DNA from: Carcharhinus amblyrhynchos
Lineage: Eukaryota
DNA length: 64,000 bases
NCBI GenBank assembly: GCA_965287045.1
Contig: OZ336874.1
Span: forward strand, 62,744,001 to 62,808,000
Direction of reading: 5' to 3'
Under the pieces are notes generated by a model. That model had not been told where the DNA came from. It did not search any database and saw only the letters and a list, made by a program, of their open reading frames with translations. Positions 1 to 64,000 of this stretch are shown here, piece by piece; positions within the stretch are counted from its first letter, which is position 1, and every line of letters begins with the position of its first letter. A program made the translations under genes and the position numbers.

Positions 1-600
1 CAGGGCCTATTGTATGCAGGGCCTGGGGGGGATTGGGTGGGGGTGGGGGGTCCTGCTGCCATTCTAGATGGGGATCGGTCTGGCCTCGAGGGAGGCCAGT
101 GATTGGGGTGGGCTGGGGGGCAAAGGGATGGTCTGTCGGGGGTGGAGGGGTTCTGCTTCCCGGGGGGGGGGGGGGGGGGGGTTCTGACCACAGGGAACAG
201 GTCAGTGGGAGGGGATGGTCTGCCGGGGTGAGGAAGTGGGGTAATCGCTACTGCTGGGGGGGGAGGTGGGCTGGACATCGGGCGCTGCAGGGCAGGGGTA
301 GGATCAGGGCTGGCCTGGGAATTGTGGTGGGGGGCACGATCGGGCCATGAGGGTGGCAGGAGGGTCCCAGGCTGGCCAGTGATCGAGCAGATCGGGGCCA
401 CTGCACATGCGCAGAGGTCCGGAGCTGTCAGACTCTGGCGCGAATAGACCCCGCTCCCCCCAGGTTTTTAATGAGATTCACAAATTGTGACCTCTGCATT
501 GCACAGAGTTGGGGAGATTCAGGTCCAAAGTTGCACTACAAAATAGTCGTGAACTAGACCAATTTTCCCACCAATTCAGCACTTTTGGGAGAATTGTTCC
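1..600. mobile_element. Probable right part of a GC-rich non-autonomous DNA transposon (MITE-like); includes a G20 run at 162-181
   Basis: Ends in GGGAGAATTG, similar to the termini of the elements at 10448 and 32277-33016; non-coding and G-rich. Confidence 0.4.
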
Positions 601-832
601 CCTCCTCTTATACAAAATGAAACCTATGCCTTTCAGGGAGAGAGCCAGAAAATTGGCAATAGAAGAAGAGAGAAGAAATACAGATAATCAAAATAGAAAG
701 AAAATCAAGTGGTTCAGAAAAACATGCACATTAAATGATCCAGCTGAAGCCTTGGTTTAATATCTCATCTGAACAGTTAAGTTTGTATGAGGGCGTGTGC
801 GGCAGAATAATAGTTCCCTTTTTCTCTTGTGA

Positions 833-61294
<60,462 letters not shown>

Positions 61295-64000
61295 GTTTAA
61301 TTTAGATTATATTTTGCAATTTTATTAATGGGCAAATGTCTATAACCTCAAGAAGCCACAAGCTAAATTAGAGAGTGATTTCTTAACAATTTGAATCCTG
61401 TATATGTCAACACATATTGCAAACAATGCTTCAATAGAACATTTTAATGGAAAGTGGAGATATATGGCCTTGTGGTGAGAATTGGTCCATTTAATTCACA
61501 ATAGTTTGGATTTTACTATCAAAGCAGATAGCCCGAGTTGGGAAATTTCCCAACTTGCTAGACCTGCCTCGATAGAAAGGCCCTGAATGATATGATTTTC
61601 GCTCTGGGTAAAGTATGTGGGATAGAATTGGGCCTGCCGACCACAGAAACAGATTGGAGGTGACAACGGGGGTTGCTGATTGCTGAAGCAGGATAGTTAA
61701 AAGGCCTACCTCAGTTTTCTGGGACTTTGTCATTTTAGCCCCTCTAGATTCACCTGTCATATGCCATTAACCCTTAATCTGCTCCTTATGCCATCTTACT
61801 GCATCATTCTCCGTATCCAACCCAGAGGCACTTATAACCCTAATGCCACAAGCCAACCCACTAACCAACCTTGACCTTCATACTGTCCATGCCAACTCAC
61901 CCAGTATCCACCATGGGCAGACCTTAGGAGCCATGTTGAGATGAAGTAAAGTAAAGTAATGCTCTATAGGGAAGCAAACCTGCTATTCTTACGTGGTCTA
62001 GTCTGGCCTTTAATCTCAAAGTGATTGACTCTTAGCCACCCTCTCAAGTGGCCAAACAAACCGCTTAATAATTAGGGATGGGCAATAAAAGATTGGTCTT
62101 ATCATAACAAGCCATAAATGGATTTTAAGAAATCTGCCTCTGTAGTTACAGGTGCTGTTTTGTATCCAGCATGGTGTTCATGCTCTATGCGCACTGTTTT
62201 GGTGCAAGCCCTACTAGACCCCACATTGATAAAGGCCAGAGGAAAGGCATCTTTACCTACAACAAAATCAGGCATTAAGGCATTAATATATGCGGTTTGC
62301 TCCTTCCTGAATCTTTTGAGGTGGGAGACACAAAGCGCCATTGCTGATTGTCCCTGGGAAAACCTACACTAAGTAATTTAAAAAGATAAGCAATTAAAAT
62401 ACTTACCACTAATCCTGAGATTTTTAATACTGCTCTTAACTCTGACCTCCTGTCCCACCCAAATTTCTCTCTGGCCCTGACTCCCTATTCTCCACCCGCC
62501 ATTCTAACCACACCTATGACCCTCCAACATCACTCCAGTAAATTGTGATCTTCTTTCCAAAACTCCACACCCCTCCCATCGCACTTCCAGGTCAAATTGT
62601 TCCTTCTCTAAGCTTACCCGATGGCTTACCCAAGAATTGGGAAATGAATCTGTGTGGATCTCTACTATTGCATCATGTATATGATAATAAGATTGATGGC
62701 CCAAAATTCAATTAAAAGTTATCATCTTTATTAGCTATCTTTGCAGTAGTATCTATTTCCATATAGCCTATAATGCAGAGATTGGCATGAGTAACACAGA
62801 ATTGCATCAGCCATGGATGATATGGATTAGATCAGTGTACCTTTCATATGACAGCACCCAACGTCGTCTCATGTAGTTGGAAAGTACAAGTATTGCAGAG
62901 GACCTGCTACACACTGGCGTCATTGAAACTCAAAGGAATGCAAAAATAAGAGAGCGAAACCCCATAATGTGGCTGGAGCACTGGCTTCAATGCTTGAGAT
63001 GTCAGATTTTTAGTTTGCTGTGAGTTTTTCAAAAAAAATTTACCTGTTTATAATCTTCTGTTTTTGGTTTCAACATTAAATTGACTCCTAGATAGTTTCT
63101 GTTGTATCACACAAATCTGGGGATATTTGCAAAGACACTCTAATTATCAAAAGATTAGTCCACAACCAGAATTATATCAGTAGCTGCAGATTCTGGAGTA
63201 TTAAATATGGTATACAAAGTTGTTACCATGACATTAAAGGCACACAAGGTGGAATGACCGCTATACTACATCACGTATATTCAGATCAAAGCATTCAGAC
63301 TGGGACATATCTGATAAAGGCTGTATTCAGAGACCAAGGGATTTTCTCCTTTGAGGCAGGAATCATGAGTTGGGAGATTTCCTGACTTTATGATCCTGCC
63401 TCCTTCCCAGCAGTGCCCACCCACACTATTTTCATTGTCAGGTGGTGGAGAGAGGCTAGAATCAGAGCTGCTGCCTTTGGAAGAAGGCTCGATGTGGGAA
63501 TGGAGGCAGGCAGATGCTAAGATAGTTAGAAGTTCTGCCTCTGTTCAGTCATTCACTAGCCCAGTTCTGTACATGAGTATTATGCACCTTAGCCTCATAC
63601 CCTAATACTTCCCATGCCCCCACATGCACCCATACTCATTTAACCAGTATCCACTGTGGGCACAACTCATGACCCCTATAATTACATAGGGAAGTTTTTG
63701 AGATGCTCATGAAACTGTCAGAATAAACAGCCATTCAAAAACATATTCAAAATCATTATTTTCTTAGGTTGTTAGCTTCTTAGGTAAAATTTCAATCGAA
63801 ATAAAGCTCAAAGTTTCCTTGACAGTTGTATCATCAATCCCTGCTAAGCTAAATCCATTAATGGGGTTTGGAGCTCAGTGAAGCATTCAGTGAGATTCTA
63901 TTGCACAACTGTCAACAAAAGCTTCAAAGCTGAATATACGAAAACTTTTGAACCGGTGGAACAGATGACTGTCCGATTGCCTGTTGCTCTTAAGAATCAT

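Noticed and set aside
33-350. Gly-rich 105-aa ORF and G20 run (G-quadruplex potential)
   Set aside because: Low-complexity interior of a repeat; no coding evidence; homopolymer length is unreliable
63096-63209. Possible next TRPM6 exon (phase 1-1, VSVVSHKSGDICKDTL...)
   Set aside because: Open and flanked by AG/GT, but with no recognisable homology in this fast-evolving linker; cannot be supported without RNA-seq

Overview
Eukaryotic (vertebrate) genomic DNA, most likely a shark or other cartilaginous fish, judging from HE1-like V-SINEs, CR1 LINEs and Penelope-type repeats; the taxon is inferred. The + strand carries the middle of TRPM6, the Mg2+-permeable channel-kinase: 17 coding exons from 839 to 61294. 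These correspond to human exons ~10-26 (numbering from memory). They splice into one open frame of ~1217 codons covering MHR3/4, S1-S6, the pore (FGEVY), the TRP box, the coiled coil and the start of the Ser/Thr-rich linker. The N-terminus and alpha-kinase exons lie outside the window. One intron needs a GC donor. The introns are packed with TEs: CR1, L2, Tx1-like, Gypsy, Harbinger/MITEs and SINEs. The most notable structures are: (1) a 4.36-kb Penelope-like retroelement (RT + GIY-YIG) inserted as a near-perfect 1.88-kb palindrome with a 13-bp TSD, a one-sided 40-nt tail and hammerhead-like motifs; (2) three miniature insertions of the same kind, with junction microhomology pointing to priming from both target ends; (3) a poly(A)-tailed SINE-like element with a U2 snRNA-derived head; (4) a CR1 with an apparent 5' inversion. 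All coordinates were read by eye; TE boundaries are approximate unless a TSD is given.
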